A stretch of 64,000 bases of DNA from Octopus vulgaris (taxonomy: Eukaryota), in contig OX597815.1 of assembly GCA_951406725.2 (NCBI GenBank), positions 129,890,001-129,954,000 of the forward strand, read 5' to 3'. The notes below the pieces were generated by a model. That model did no database searches and was not told where the DNA came from. It saw only the letters and a list, made by a program, of their open reading frames with translations. This document shows, one piece after another, positions 1 to 13,009 of the stretch (its first letter is position 1; each line of letters begins with the position of its first letter). The position numbers and the translations under genes were made by a program.

Positions 1-39
1 TTCACCACCACCACCACCACCACCACCACCACCACCACC

Positions 40-84
<45 letters not shown>

Positions 85-600
85 ATTTCATCACTTTCAC
101 GAAATCCTGATCTACCACCACCACCTCTGTTATTATCCCCAACGCAACAACCACTATGCCTTGAACAGAACTCCTACCTCCACTACTACATCCTCAACTC
201 TACACCACCAACACCAACACCAACACCACCATCACATATCTTCATCTACTACTTCTGCTACAGCCGCTATCATCACTACAACCATCGCCACTGTGATTAC
301 TACGATTTCTACTACCACCACCACCACCACCATTACCCCCCCACACACACACTACTACTACCAGTACTACTAACAACAACAACAACAACATCTGCAGTCA
401 CCACCACCACCACCATCGGCACCCCGAGATCACGTTCATATAGTCGTGTATCCTATCACCGCTATCATTACTACAACCATTTCCACTGTTATTATACCTA
501 CCACTATTCTAACCACCACCACCACCAAACTCACCGTCACTGCCACCGCAGCTGCCGCTACCATTGCTATACTATTGTCCCCACGTCTTTTACTATTGCG
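1..600. repeat. (CAC/CAT/ACT)n trinucleotide low-complexity tract
   Basis: Perfect (CAC)n at 3-55 decaying into CAT/CAG/TAC/CAA mosaics; the poly-Thr/His ORFs here are artefacts. Confidence 0.9.
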
Positions 601-954
601 AAACCGTTCAACTTTAACAAGCTTACTATTACTACGAACTGATAACAACTCGGAGTTTTCCGATGAATGTGCTTTCACCGTTCTATGTAGGCGTTACATC
701 ATGATTTCTGCCAGATATTTCCCCTCCTCATTTGTTCTCGCTGTCTTTTCCTGTCTCTCCATCTTTGTTTATTGTTTTTGTCCTCTATCATTCACTAATA
801 CTCACACCTACGCAATGTCCTTCACGCTACATAAACCTACATATGCATACACTGATATTTAAATCTATGTACATACCTCACACATATATGGATGCAGGTG
901 TATATATGCGCATGTGTATATGTCTGTATGCCTAAATGACTGAAACAAGTAAAA

Positions 955-957
<3 letters not shown>

Positions 958-1040
<83 letters not shown>

Positions 1041-1100
1041 TGTATGTATGTATGTATGTATGTATGTATGTATGTATGTATGTATGTGTGCGTGTGTGTG
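958..1100. repeat. (TA)n-(TATG)n-(TG)n compound microsatellite
   Basis: Direct inspection. Confidence 0.95.
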
Positions 1101-1337
1101 TGAGTTTAAATTGTTAACCGACATAAGCACACGGACACACACACACTACTTCATTATTGTACAGATATGTACGTACGTACATACATACATACGTATATGT
1201 ACTGATATACATATGTATGCATGTTTGCATCTATCTACACATGGGGTATCTAAACAATTTTAAATTTTCACACGCGCAAGTATATTCTTTTCCTTCCAAG
1301 CTCCTTCCTATTCCAAAGCATATTGTTCTTTCTTAAA

Positions 1338-1379
<42 letters not shown>

Positions 1380-1787
1380 TCTTTTATTCTTTTCAGTCAT
1401 TTGACTGCGGCCATGCTGGGGCACCGCCTTTAGTCGAACAAATCGACCCCAGGCCTTATTCTTTGTAAGCCTAGTACTTATTCTATCGGTGTCTTTTGCC
1501 GATCCGCTAAGTTACGGGGACGCAAATACACCAACGTCGATTGTCAAGCAATGGTGGGGGACAAACACACAAACTTATATACATATATGTACTGATACAT
1601 ACACACATATATATGTATGTATGTATGACGGGCTTCTTTCTGTTTCTTTCTACCTAGTCCACTTACAAGGCTTTGGTCAGCCCGAGGTTATAGTAGAAGA
1701 CACTTACCCAAGGTACCACGCAGTGGGACTGAATCCGGAACCATGTGGTTGGTAAGCAAGCTACTTACCAAACAATCACTCATGCAC

Positions 1788-1790
<3 letters not shown>
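1380..1790 (-). mobile_element. tRNA-derived SINE, family A (octopus OR/OK-like)
   Basis: Minus-strand tRNA-like head with B-box-like GGATTCAGTCCC and an internal (CA/TA)n; near-identical copies at 21455, 22520, 36815, 48560 and 62605. Confidence 0.85.
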
Positions 1791-1831
<41 letters not shown>

Positions 1832-1887
1832 TATTAAGTTAGACATGGCCTGGGCCAATAATGGCCGAAACCTATCAAAGTATCAAA

Positions 1888-1922
<35 letters not shown>

Positions 1923-2014
1923 ATTAATTAAAATTTGTGTGGATGTATATATACATAAAATTGTATATATTTAATAAAATGTATCTGTCTATATATGTTT
2001 ATATACATTTATAC

Positions 2015-2050
<36 letters not shown>

Positions 2051-2435
2051 AAATCTACGTAATAGACATACGAATATGGTAAATTTACTTATTTCTCCAT
2101 AGATTAATTAAAGGTGATGAACAGCCTCAATCGATTTTCGACCCTTATTAGAAGTTTTTTCATCAGTTGACCAATCCCAGGCAAAAAAAGAAGCCAATTC
2201 ATTTCTACGCACTTCAAACCCAGAACCAGCACTTAAAAGGTTTTGGTGCCCTCAAGTATATGTAAATGGTTCAAAATCTGAACAAAAATAATTCAAAATG
2301 TAAACGATAATAACCCATAAAATAAATTTTTAGTTTTGAAAATGTAACAAAATTAACAGTAAGAAGGAAAATAACGGTTAATTTTGTATGCTTCCACTTT
2401 ATTTATATCTGAAAAGTTTTCGCCTTCGTTTTTTT

Positions 2436-2523
2436 ACTTTGTTTAATGGCCTTTTAGATCTATTCAAACGATTTTCTTAGCTTCTTTCTGACATGAATTG
2501 ACCTCTCCTCATCATATATATAA

Positions 2524-2603
<80 letters not shown>

Positions 2604-2661
2604 GTATATATAAATGTATACATGGAATTATTAATTACTAGTTAATTAGTTAATTTTACCC

Positions 2662-2663
<2 letters not shown>
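2436..2663 (+). repeat. Direct duplicate of 3595-3779 (transposase stub + TA tract + flank)
   Basis: actttgtttaatggccttttagatc...gttaattttaccct occurs at both positions; only the TA tract length differs. Confidence 0.9.
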
Positions 2664-2696
<33 letters not shown>

Positions 2697-2735
2697 AAAC
2701 ATCCGAACAGTTTGGTGATACAAAAATGGGACAAC

Positions 2736-2850
<115 letters not shown>

Positions 2851-2853
2851 ATA

Positions 2854-3672
2854 TACGGCGCACGTAAGGTATTTGAGGACAAATTTGCTTTTCAGAAAAG
2901 CATACATATAATAATAGAAAGAAGCTTTATTAATGAAAAATATGTACATGTAAACTAGATTATTTTCTTTATAATCTTATTCCATGTACCTACCTTCAGC
3001 ATCACTAACTACTTCTATGCAATATCTGAATCGTCTACATGCCCGAATTAAATGGTTCTGGTTTCTATCGAGCGTTACACTGACTATGGCGGCTTTCAAA
3101 GAAGCCTTGGTGTTATGAGATATTGATTGACCTCTCACTTTCTCTCTCAACAAAGCCCCACGCATAGTAGTTCAATAGACTGAAATCTGATGAGTTTGGA
3201 GTCCAAATGTTAGTGGGCTATACGGTCATGAAAATCGTCAGCCATCCATTCTTAAGTTGCTAGAGCCTTATGTAATGGTGCAGAGTCCTGCTGAAAAACG
3301 TACGGCCTTCCATTGCGTACTCTGTCTATCCAGGGCTTGATAGCTGTTTCTAGGACCTCAATGTAGCCAGCAGAGTTAACTCGAAGACCTTGTAAAAAGA
3401 AGTGAGGACCCATCACACAAACTTTGTTACAGACAACTCCAAAAGCCATGTCAATTGCAGGAAATTTTGTGTGCTTGACTGTTGGAACTTCAGAAGGGTC
3501 TAAACATAACCATCTGTCATTTTTTTTTCTGGTCTTCGTCAAAGTTTTTCTCGTCTGAGAAAAAACTAAATCCTGTCAGGTTCTGGGGTTTTAACTTTGT
3601 TTAATGGCCTTTTAGATCTATTCAAACGATTTTCTTAGCTTCTTTCTGACATGAATTGACCTCTCCTCATCA
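2854..3672 (-). mobile_element. Tc1/mariner maT (DD37D)-type transposon relic, 5'-truncated
   Basis: Minus-strand peptides MRRGQFMS..., FFSDEK, NDRWLCLDPSEVPTVKHTKFP, YVFQQDSAPLH and a SSDFSLLNYY (SPDLNP-like) segment, ending EGRYME*; probable TIR near 2854-2886; frameshifted. Confidence 0.85.
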
Positions 3673-3681
3673 TATATATAA

Positions 3682-3719
<38 letters not shown>

Positions 3720-3802
3720 GTATATATAAATGTATACATGGAATTATTAATTACTAGTTAATTAGTTAATTTTACCCTTAATTAGTTAATTTTACCTATA
3801 TA

Positions 3803-3887
<85 letters not shown>

Positions 3888-3896
<9 letters not shown>

Positions 3897-4286
3897 TAAT
3901 ATAAAAGATTATAATATAAATGGTTCCTATGATATTTATAATAGTAAACCTAATATTAAGAATTATGATAAGTTTTATTTAGTTAATTATGGTTTTAATA
4001 ATAGGTATTATGATAATACAAAAATAAATATAATAATAGACTAAAAGATAAGAATAAATTTAATTCGTTTAGTGATAATAATAAATATAATAATATAATA
4101 AATAAAATAATGTTAATAATAAGAACAAAATTTGGCTGATTATTCCTTATGGGGCCCAAGTTAAAATAAACATTATTAAAAAGATATTAAAACTAATTGA
4201 AGTATTTGTTATAGATAATAAAAAATATAATAACATTTTTCTAGTAATAATTTTGGAGTTGGTTTTTCTACTACTAATAATGTTGG
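3888..4286 (+). repeat. Inverted copy of Penelope-like element segment 5261-5660
   Basis: Reverse complement matches 5261-5660 almost base for base over about 400 bp. Confidence 0.9.
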
Positions 4287-4699
4287 GAAAATTCTAAATT
4301 CAGAATAATTTAAAACTAAAACATTATACGTAAAATGCATAAAATAAACTAAATTTGGATAGATTAATATATATTCATCAATTTATATATTTATTTTATA
4401 AGTACCTTGCTTTAATCTTATTGTAGTTATGTTCACACACCAAATAATCTACGGCTAATTTATACTCATTATACTACTACAAATTAGCTCTACATAAATT
4501 ACTAACATAAAACAGGGTTTATATATATACACAAATTAGCTAAACTTATTATATATAATATATTTAAATTTTTTCTATATGTTTTAATATAGATAATATC
4601 TTTCACTATCAATTGAATTACTTAATAGAGGTTATTTCTCTTAATTATATACATATATTACATATTGTGAACTTTTATTTAGTATTGCTATTTTTTTTT

Positions 4700-5170
4700 C
4701 TCTGTAAGTTAGGAATTTATTATATAAGTAATTTAACCTGTCTACATTTAATTTTTCTCTCATTTTGGAATTAATGAATTTTTTATTATTAGATAGTAAT
4801 ATCTCCATAAATTCATTTGTACATAGTAAACAAAAATGATCACCTATTCGATAAGATTTAGCTTTACAAACTATCTCCCAATTTAAATAATACTTAATTC
4901 CTTTAGATTTCAGTTCCCATATATATTTGCTAAGATTTAATATTTGCTAGAATTAATCAATGTTTTATTCTTAAATGAATGCATGTGTTGAGCCACCCTT
5001 GATTTAATTTTATTAGAAGTCGACCCCACGTAAATCGCATTTAAATTATAACTATTCCTATTAATATTATCATCAATCAAATTCACTACACATTTATATA
5101 CTACATCATCCAAATTACATTTATTATTAAATTTACATTTTGTCTTATCACTGCATATACAATTAATTAT
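4700..5170 (-). pseudogene. GIY-YIG endonuclease of the Penelope-like element
   Basis: Manual translation of the minus strand gives CxC-x5-C-x5-C, VVY...YVG, R..H..SF, LSKYIWELK, WEIV, CLLC..E. Confidence 0.85.
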
Positions 5171-5794
5171 ATTCTGGTTTTTATTATTATTGGAATAATT
5201 ATTTAATTTGTTAAGGTAAAACTTATTCAGCTTAAATCTATTAAAAGAAGAAATAATATTACCAACATTATTAGTAGTAGAAAAACCAACTCCAAAATTA
5301 TTACTAGAAAAATGTTATTATATTTTTTATTATCTATAACAAATACTTCAATTAGTTTTAATATCTATTTAATAATGTTTATTTTAACTTGGGCCCCATA
5401 AGGAATAATCAGCCAAATTTTGTTCTTATTATTAACATTATTTTATTTATTATATTATTATATTTATTATTATCACTAAACGAATTAAATTTATTCTTAT
5501 CTTTTAGTCTATTATTATATTTATTTTTGTATTATCATAATACCTATTATTAAAACCATAATTAACTAAATAAAACTTATCATAATTCTTAATATTAGGT
5601 TTACTATTATAAATATCATAGGAATCATTTATATTATAATCTTTTATATTATAATTATATTTAGAATTATTAAAGAATTTAATACTATTATTATATCCTG
5701 CCTCCAACAAGTCTTCATTATAAGGTGCGTGTTGTTGGAAAGTCTCAAAATTAGAAGAAAGCATCGATATTCTTTTACCTATATTATCTATCAA

Positions 5795-6852
5795 CTATTT
5801 CTTAATTGAGGGTGGGTGATTACAATTAGCATTAATATATTTAAGGTTTTCATTAATTTTATGGAATGGTTGGGTTTTACCTGTTATTAAATTGAAATTA
5901 GCATCTAAATAATTTACATTATACTTCTCTTTATATATAGTAACACCTAAACCATATCTTTTAAAGAATCTATATAGTTTCTTTTTATATAATTCTAGTG
6001 TTCTATTGGTGCAATTCTTAGTTATTAATAAAAGGTCATCCCTATATAATCTACCTTCAAAATTTAATTTTTCTAATTGAACTTCCGATAATAAATAAAT
6101 ACCTACTAAATCAGTCACCTGGATAGAATCGGGCGCCCCCATAAGTATATCAAAATAGTCTCCAGTATCGTTCCTAGCCCACAATTTATTATTATATCTA
6201 ATCAACGATTTCCTAGCCGCTTTAACTACATTAACTTCATCATAAGTCATTCCAACCTTATTCATTGCATAAATTAGGGCCTTATAGAGTTCAATCTCAT
6301 TTATAGAAGAATAATACTTATCTATATCTATTTGATTGAATTTATATCTATTTTTATCTTTGGTATAATTAAACCATTTAAAAGTAGCATTTGTACTACT
6401 CCAGAGTTTTAGATAATTAAGTTCATTTAATCTATTAATATATTTATCTAAAATGATCTTACTTAATTTACCTAGATCTGATTTACATGGACAAATAAAT
6501 CTAACTTTTGGGTCAGCATAAAAATTATCCTTGTGCATAGGTACATAAGATCCAGTTTTATTGTCTAATATTTCATCATGATTAATTTAGAGGCCTTATT
6601 TATATTATAAAGAGTATTTTCAGGAACAACTCCATATTTTTATTTATTTATTTATTTCTCTAATAGATTATCATAATATAATGAAATTATTGTATACAGT
6701 GCTCGGGTATCCAGTTTATACAGGTTCCTAGTTTTATCTGAATGTACTATAATTCCTTCCTTATTTCGCATTTCTTTTATTCTAATAGCTAGATTTCTTA
6801 GATATTCATTGTGTCTATTTGGATATCTATGAAATTTAATATTTTTCACCAA
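5795..6852 (-). pseudogene. Penelope-type reverse transcriptase (frameshifted/stop-interrupted)
   Basis: ORFs 6652-6852 and 5795-6538 carry the PLE RT motifs (YRDD); broken by an (ATAA) expansion near 6640 and TAG at 5795. Confidence 0.88.
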
Positions 6853-7096
6853 CTTCCAAATATTATTCTCTAAAACCTGTATTTCCCTATTATACGATTA
6901 ACGATTAAAATTTTAACGATTATATTTTAACGATTAAAATTTCAGTTAACTGGTATTCTTCAATAAGATAAGTTATGATTTTATTTTTCATTAATATTGT
7001 TAGATTTTATTCGATTATGTATTGCGACGATATGTATATTTCTATGTATATTTGTTAATTATTATATGTTAAGATACATACATTTATTTTATTATT

Positions 7097-7200
7097 TTTG
7101 ACCTGAAGAGTGGCTATATTTTTTAAATCGAATTAATTTTAATATTATCGATTTTATTATCATCGATTTATAGATATAGTCACGAAACGCGTGTAGGCAA
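7097..7200 (+). ncRNA. Type I hammerhead ribozyme motif in the PLE terminal region
   Basis: TTGAC-CTGAAGA-GTGGCTATAT...ATATAGTCAC-GAAA-CGCGTG-TA-GGCAA: intact core, 10-bp stem II with long loop, short stem III with palindrome ACGCGT, GUA site, stem I with one mismatch. Confidence 0.75.
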
Positions 7201-7371
7201 TTTAATGTTTACATAAATTAGTGATTTTTAGAATTGTGTTTATTATAATATATTCAAACCCTTTCTATATATTTTAATATAGATAATATCTTTCACTATC
7301 AATTGAATTACTTAATAGAGGTTATTTCTCGTGATTATATACATATACGTATATCTATATATCTATATCTA

Positions 7372-7441
<70 letters not shown>

Positions 7442-7551
7442 CCTATCTATATATATATATACATATATGTATATTTACGTATATGTATATATGTACGTAT
7501 ATTATATATATATATATAATGTATATATATATATACATACATACATACATA

Positions 7552-7593
<42 letters not shown>

Positions 7594-7619
7594 AATGTAT
7601 TTACTTCCTCACACGCCAG

Positions 7620-7960
7620 CTTAATTTAATTCGTCGTAAGTCGAAAGACACCTGTTATGTCCTGTTATTTGTATTTTTGTTTACCTTCTCCGCTTTTTTC
7701 CGTCCTTGTTTTCGTATACATTCGCTGCATTCTTCCAAGGAATCTAATACTCTTAGCTTAGTTTTTCCTTGGGTCAGGCCAGATTGGAGTAATCTCGAGT
7801 ATAACCAGCTGAAATTGCAAAGATAATCTGGAACTCGACTGAGGAAAGAAAACTCCGAACGACCGATCCTTGTTTTCTTTGTATCGTCTATCTCGATGTT
7901 TTGTTGTCTCTTTCTTGTATCACCTAACTGTCTGGATGTTTTGCGTTCTTGCCCCATTAT
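7620..7960 (+). mobile_element. Probable PLE pLTR-like non-coding repeat with degenerate hammerhead-like motif
   Basis: Sits between microsatellites; CTGAGGA-AAGAAAACTCC-GAAC at 7839-7860. Confidence 0.35.
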
Positions 7961-8559
7961 ATATATACATAATATACGTATATATACATATACGTAAATA
8001 TACATATACGTATATATATATTACATATCATTTTTGGAAATTTATAGTTTTATGGGATGTGTCTCGAGCACCAATATTCCAAAAGAAAATTATTTCACGT
8101 TCTGTCAAATGTTTATAAAATACTTTTCTGCTTAACAATATACGCACGCGCGAGTGTGTAAGTCTGTTCGGCTTAATGTCTGTTCAGCTTCTTCGCTTCG
8201 GTTTCTTGTCTTTCGGCAAAAGTGCATTCGACATCCCCTACATGTACCAAATATATATATATATACTCATTTATATTTTCATATATATGTACACATACAC
8301 ACACATATATATGTATAAATATAATACTTGCATGCAAGCATATATACATGCATGCATATATAGATGCATGCATGCATATATATATACACACACACACATA
8401 CATACATACATACATACATACATACATACATACATACATACATACAACATACATACATACATACAACATACATACATACATACATACATGCACAAGTCCA
8501 ATCTGTGAGTGGAACAGTAAAAATACGTAAGACTTTTCTCAAATTCTAAATGTGAATTT

Positions 8560-9262
8560 ATCTGTGTTAACTACATCCCAAAAATGGGGCATTGTATTTT
8601 TGTTGGATACTGGCTACCAAGTATGTCTCTAGACCAGAGTGATATAATGCCAATGATTCGAGTGGCCTCTTCACTGGATGAAGTCCAGGATGTCTGTATC
8701 TGTTGTAACAGCCACGTGGAAATAATATTGTATTGCGCGCTTCACTTGAGTTTTTTTTTATCATGTGTACAGTTATTGGGGTAGGGTAACAGAACTAACT
8801 TCTGGTTCTTAAACGAAGGATCAGTCTTTCAGATGAGGTCCTGCTTTCGTCAGGAGAGATCCTAGGCTGTAGTGAGGCCTAGAATTTGGATCGACCGTGA
8901 AGGCCCTCCATCAGAGTTATGCTTAGAGGGTGTGTGAGGTGATGGTGCTTTTTTTTCACATGAAAAGTGCTTGAGTACTTTTAGCTGTTAAAATAAATTA
9001 AAACTGGCATGAATGGAAGCAGTACAAATTTGGTGTAAGAATGAAAAGTGGTATTATTTGCATAAGAGTAGTATTTGCAGGATGTGGCGGCAAATAAGTC
9101 ATTGTATATAGAAAGAAGAACGTAGAAAACAAAACAGAATTCAGGGGCATGCCAGAGTTGATTGAGAACGTGAAAGAGCAAGTTCCATCAATACACGTTT
9201 CGAGGGAGCGATATGACAGGAAACCACTGACAAAAGACGAAAAATGGATGTCTGTACGCAAG
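8560..9262 (-). mobile_element. Old CR1/L2/Jockey-group LINE RT remnant
   Basis: SINSGMPLNSVLFSTFFFLY..NDL..YSYANNTTFH corresponds to degenerate SGVPQGSVLSP...YADD. Confidence 0.6.
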
Positions 9263-9660
9263 AAGTTTCAATAGGAGGTTTGCATGCCAGACAAACCTGA
9301 AGGCTTTATTAATATTTAGAGTAATACAGTTTTGGGATAAGGAACACTAGATTAAATCAATCTTTTGAGCCAGGGAGAATGAAAAACAACGTCATCTCTG
9401 CAGGAATTTGAACTGGTAACGTAAAAGAACAAGACTAAATATAGTAATTCTGCTGCTTTACTAATTCCACTTATCACAGCCCCACAAGGAGACAAATGTT
9501 AATAAACAATGCGTGCTAAGTGCTACAGGAGTCAAAGGCAAACTTCTCAGAAGACGAGACCATGATACGGCTTAAGTTTTTGGTTGAATTTTTTAAATCT
9601 AATTGCGCCGTTCATGTCGTTAAGAAAGACAACCACCACAGTTCTCATTTCTTCCTATCT

Positions 9661-10996
9661 TTAACTCTGTTATCATATTTCTGTTGAAATACGTTGTCTT
9701 TGTTCCATTCAATTTTTAAAATAACGAAGTGATTAATAAAATAACTTGGTCATTATTAAAATGATGCTTGGACCAGAGAAATTTTGAGGGAAGGTTTTAA
9801 TTTAGATCACTTTACAACAGGACGTTTTTTCATGGAACTAGAGGCAATAAAGTTTAGTCTACGCTAGGTGTCTGGCAATGCAGCATAACCGACCAAATAT
9901 TTACTCTACGGTAGGCATCCGAGAAATCGAGGGAATATTGGTTTCAAATTTTGCCATAAGGGCTTCAATTTTGGGAAAGGAGCTACCTCGAGTATATTGA
10001 CTTCATTGATAAACTGATACTTGTTTTAACGACTCCGAAAGGATAAAAAGTAAAGCTGACTTCGGTGGCGTTTGGACTCAGAACGTAAAGTCGGAAGAAA
10101 TGTTGCTAAGCATTTTTTCAGAGCAGTAACATTTGTGCCTGCTCACCGTGAGAATATTACCTAAAGGTGCACGCTTAGTTTGTACATCTCCAAAAGACAT
10201 GCGACCACGTGCCACAGGACACGCTATAAAGGGTTTTTGTAGGATTTTGGTTGATTAATGGAAAACTTCTGATTGTTGTGAAGTCTCTCCTTTACGAAGG
10301 CCCAGATATCTGAGCTCGGGTAAATAGTACAATGTCGAAACCTTTCAGCATGAGTGTTTGACTTCGTCAGGAGTATGTATTGTTACCTCTTCTTCACATA
10401 ATTTTTAGGAAAGGAATTGACATTCCCAGCCATTGTGGAACGGCATGACGTTGGTTAAAAAACAAAAACAAACTCGCTACCTTCAATTCGGTTTTCATGC
10501 CTCTCTTCGCCTCTGGTCATGAATGTTGGGTAATGAACAATAGTGTACGAGCGCGAATACAAACGGCCGAAATGGGGTTTCAAGGAAGGGTCTCAAGAAT
10601 AACGATACCTGACAGGATGAGCAAATCAGAGATCAGGGATTCTCTCTGGGTCGATCCGCAATTTCTCGCATTGAGAGATCACAGTTTCGGTACTACGGAC
10701 ATGTGATAAAAATGTCGTAGAAAAGAATCTCAAAACTGATTCTTCAAGCTAAGCTGACCAGCTGGAGACCTAGAGGTAGACCAAGAACGAGATGGTTGAA
10801 TAATATCTATAGTCTCATTTGGTCGCACTTGGGAATCTGATCTGAAAATCTAATGACGGTTGCATCTGATAGGACCCTATCGAGGAAGTACCTGAGAACT
10901 CTACCCCTACGACCCTCCCAGGAATAGTGGGCAGAGGAGGTAGATGGATGCATGAATGAGAGGCAGTCTCAGGTGGAATGGTATCAAAAGGGTTAA
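9661..10996. mobile_element. piggyBac-like MITE (ends ...AAAAGGG-TTAA) split by an RTE insertion
   Basis: Left part 9661-9846 and right part 10958-10996 together match the uninterrupted copy at about 11033-11252. Confidence 0.6.
9847..10957 (+). mobile_element. RTE-clade LINE 3' remnant (contains a SINE at ~9938-10150)
   Basis: GHECWVMNNSVRARIQTAEMGFQGRV..DRMSKSEIRDSL, RPRGRPRTRW and LRQE (LRQG-like); flanked by agaggca on both sides. Confidence 0.75.
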
Positions 10997-11032
10997 ACCT
11001 CTTTACTTGCTGGTAATGCTCTAGGAATTATT

Positions 11033-11252
11033 TTAAATCTTTTGTTACCATATTTCAGTTGGAAGACACTGCCATTGTTTCAGTTAATTTTGAACAATTT
11101 AATAAAATAACTTTGTAATTATTAACACTGGTGTTTGGAATACAAGGTAACATAAAATTTTGATTGAAGGTTTTAATTTAGATCACTTTAAGCCGGAAAT
11201 CTGTACCATAGAACCAGGGGCTGTCTCAGGCGCGTTGGAATCAAAAAGGATA
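11033..11252. mobile_element. Second copy of the piggyBac-like MITE
   Basis: Shares gaaggttttaatttagatcacttta and its ends with 9661-10996. Confidence 0.55.
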
Positions 11253-11684
11253 CGAAAAATCTAAACTTTCTGTTTGTGCCAGAACTAGAAAGAAAGCAGT
11301 GCTATTGATGAATATGTGGCAACTATCCTGGAGCAAGAATTTGATTTTCGGCAAGCAAAACGCGTTTTCGATTCTCAGTTGTAGCCATTTTCATTATCAT
11401 AGCTAATATTCTCGGTTTCTTTTCACTTTAAAGTCTTTTTTACTATTCATGTAACAAATAACTAAGGGTGACAAGTAGGTGAAGCTAGCCGTCATGGTAA
11501 CACTTTCAGCTCATGCCTAGTTGTATTGTAAGTGAGGAAGTATTGTCAACTGAATTCAACCTCAAAACGACGGTGCTTATTTTATCGCACTTACAACATA
11601 AGGAAACGTAACTAAATTAATACCGTAATAAACTCAGTAATCATAATGAATAAACGGTAAAGATGGCAATATTAGTAGCATGAA

Positions 11685-11900
11685 AGGCGGCGGGCTGATA
11701 GAATTGTTAGCATGCCGGACGAAATGCTTAGCGGTATTTCATCCGTTTTTACGTTCTAAGTTCAAATTCCGTCGTGGTCGACTTTGCCTTTCATCCTTTC
11801 GGGGTTCTATAAAATAAATTCTAGTTGAGCCTTGTAGTCGATGTAATCGACTTAGCCCTCTCCCTCTAAATTGCTGGCGTTGTGCCAAAATTTGAAATTA
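11685..11900 (+). mobile_element. SINE family B (ggcggcgagctggcagaa head; gtcgactttgcctttcatcctttcggggtcg core)
   Basis: B-box-like gagttcaaattc; further copies at ~9938, 13010, 38630, 40905, 47395, 47645, 50437, 52826, 54830, 55290, 55698, 55960, 58685, 59231 and 60505. Confidence 0.8.
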
Positions 11901-12071
11901 ATATTAGCAGCATACAGTAAACGCTAATCATTATGTACTTATTTCTACATTTCATTCTCGTGATTTAAAATATTGCTGCAATTAGTTTTGACTTTTGTTC
12001 TTTCGAATCGTAAATAAAAATAATTGAAATTTCAATTATTCCTTCCATCTTAAGAGATTAATTTGATGGAG

Positions 12072-12320
12072 GAGAAGGTGAGTAGCCTAGTGGTTAGAGT
12101 GTCACATACACCCAGGATAACAACATCGTGGCTTCGATCCCTGAACTACGGGGCATTGCGTTGAGTTCTTGATCAAAGCACATTATTTCGCGTTACTCAA
12201 GTCCTCTCGGTTGCAAATGTGAAACCCTATGACGGACTCGTGTCTCATTCAGGGAGCATGTTGTGATCTCGGTCACATATACGTCATGGAAACCGGCCCT
12301 ATGGTCCTTACTGCTACTAA
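12072..12320 (+). mobile_element. tRNA-derived SINE, family C (diverged)
   Basis: A box tagcctagtggttag, B box gcttcgatccc. Confidence 0.6.
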
Positions 12321-13009
12321 TTTGATAGAAACAATACAGCATTGGCTTAATGTATTACTGTATTTAGTTTTCTTCCTCTTCATCTTTAAAGCAATCCAAG
12401 CTATGGCTTGACTTAGATTTTCAAACTCTACAAAGTCGATGTAAGCCTCTCCGTGGTCATTTGATATGCAAGAAATAACAGCTAAAACTCCTTCGAATCA
12501 TACTCTACAGTTTTATATATGGACTGGACATATTAGGGAAAGATGAAACGATTATAGTTTAAATTATTTCGATCAAAGCCAACATCTACATCACCATAAC
12601 AGTAACAACACAAAAAAGGGTAATTTCAAGTTGAGCGACCGACAGTCAACAACGCTGTCAATATAATTTCTTTAACCACAACTGTGCTATCATTCACACC
12701 ACCAACGACAACCAGTGTCACATAACCACACACACACGCGCACACACACACACACACCCATACACAAATCTATGAAGAAGCCTCTATGCGGTCGCTCTAT
12801 CTACAAGAAATAGCGGCCAAATCTTGCTCAAAATCACAGCCTACCATCTTAAAAATGGAAGGACACGTTGAACAACGTAGTTATAGTCAAGCTAAAAAAA
12901 AAAAGAAAAAGAAAAAAGAAAATAGAGGTAATTGTGGCGAGAATGCCCTTGAACATTAATCTGCTGAATAAGAGCTGATTTGAGACTAAACAGCAACAAC
13001 AACAACAGT

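Larger units (their letters stand above)
4570..7330 (-). mobile_element. Penelope-like retroelement (RT + C-terminal GIY-YIG endonuclease), decayed, probably Hydra-clade-like
   Basis: RT motifs SDKTRNLY, QIDIDKYYSSI, MGAPDSIQVTDLVGIYLL, LYRDDLL, YLDANF, NHPPSI; endonuclease CICSDKTKC..KCNLDDVVY..IYVGSTS..KSRVAQHMHSF..LSKYIWELK..CLLC; terminal direct repeat 4571-4640 = 7261-7330. Confidence 0.9.

Noticed and set aside
161-862. Thr/His-rich mucin-like ORFs (also 23638-24168)
   Set aside because: Translations of CAC-type microsatellites, open in several frames on both strands
1853-1880. GGCCA-ATAA-TGGCC-GAAA-CCTA-TC half hammerhead
   Set aside because: The CUGANGA strand is missing
2125-2172. 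CTGATGA...GAAA-ATCGAT on the minus strand
   Set aside because: Stem II does not pair and the site is UG; at most a dead remnant
5504-6852. Selenocysteine (UGA) readthrough in the PLE ORF, as in Naiad elements
   Set aside because: The breaks examined are TAG/TAA stops and frameshifts, and the endonuclease is C-terminal
3900-7000. Organelle-derived insertion (numt) or group I/II intron, given the AT richness and GIY-YIG/RT
   Set aside because: The motifs and terminal repeat fit a Penelope-like element
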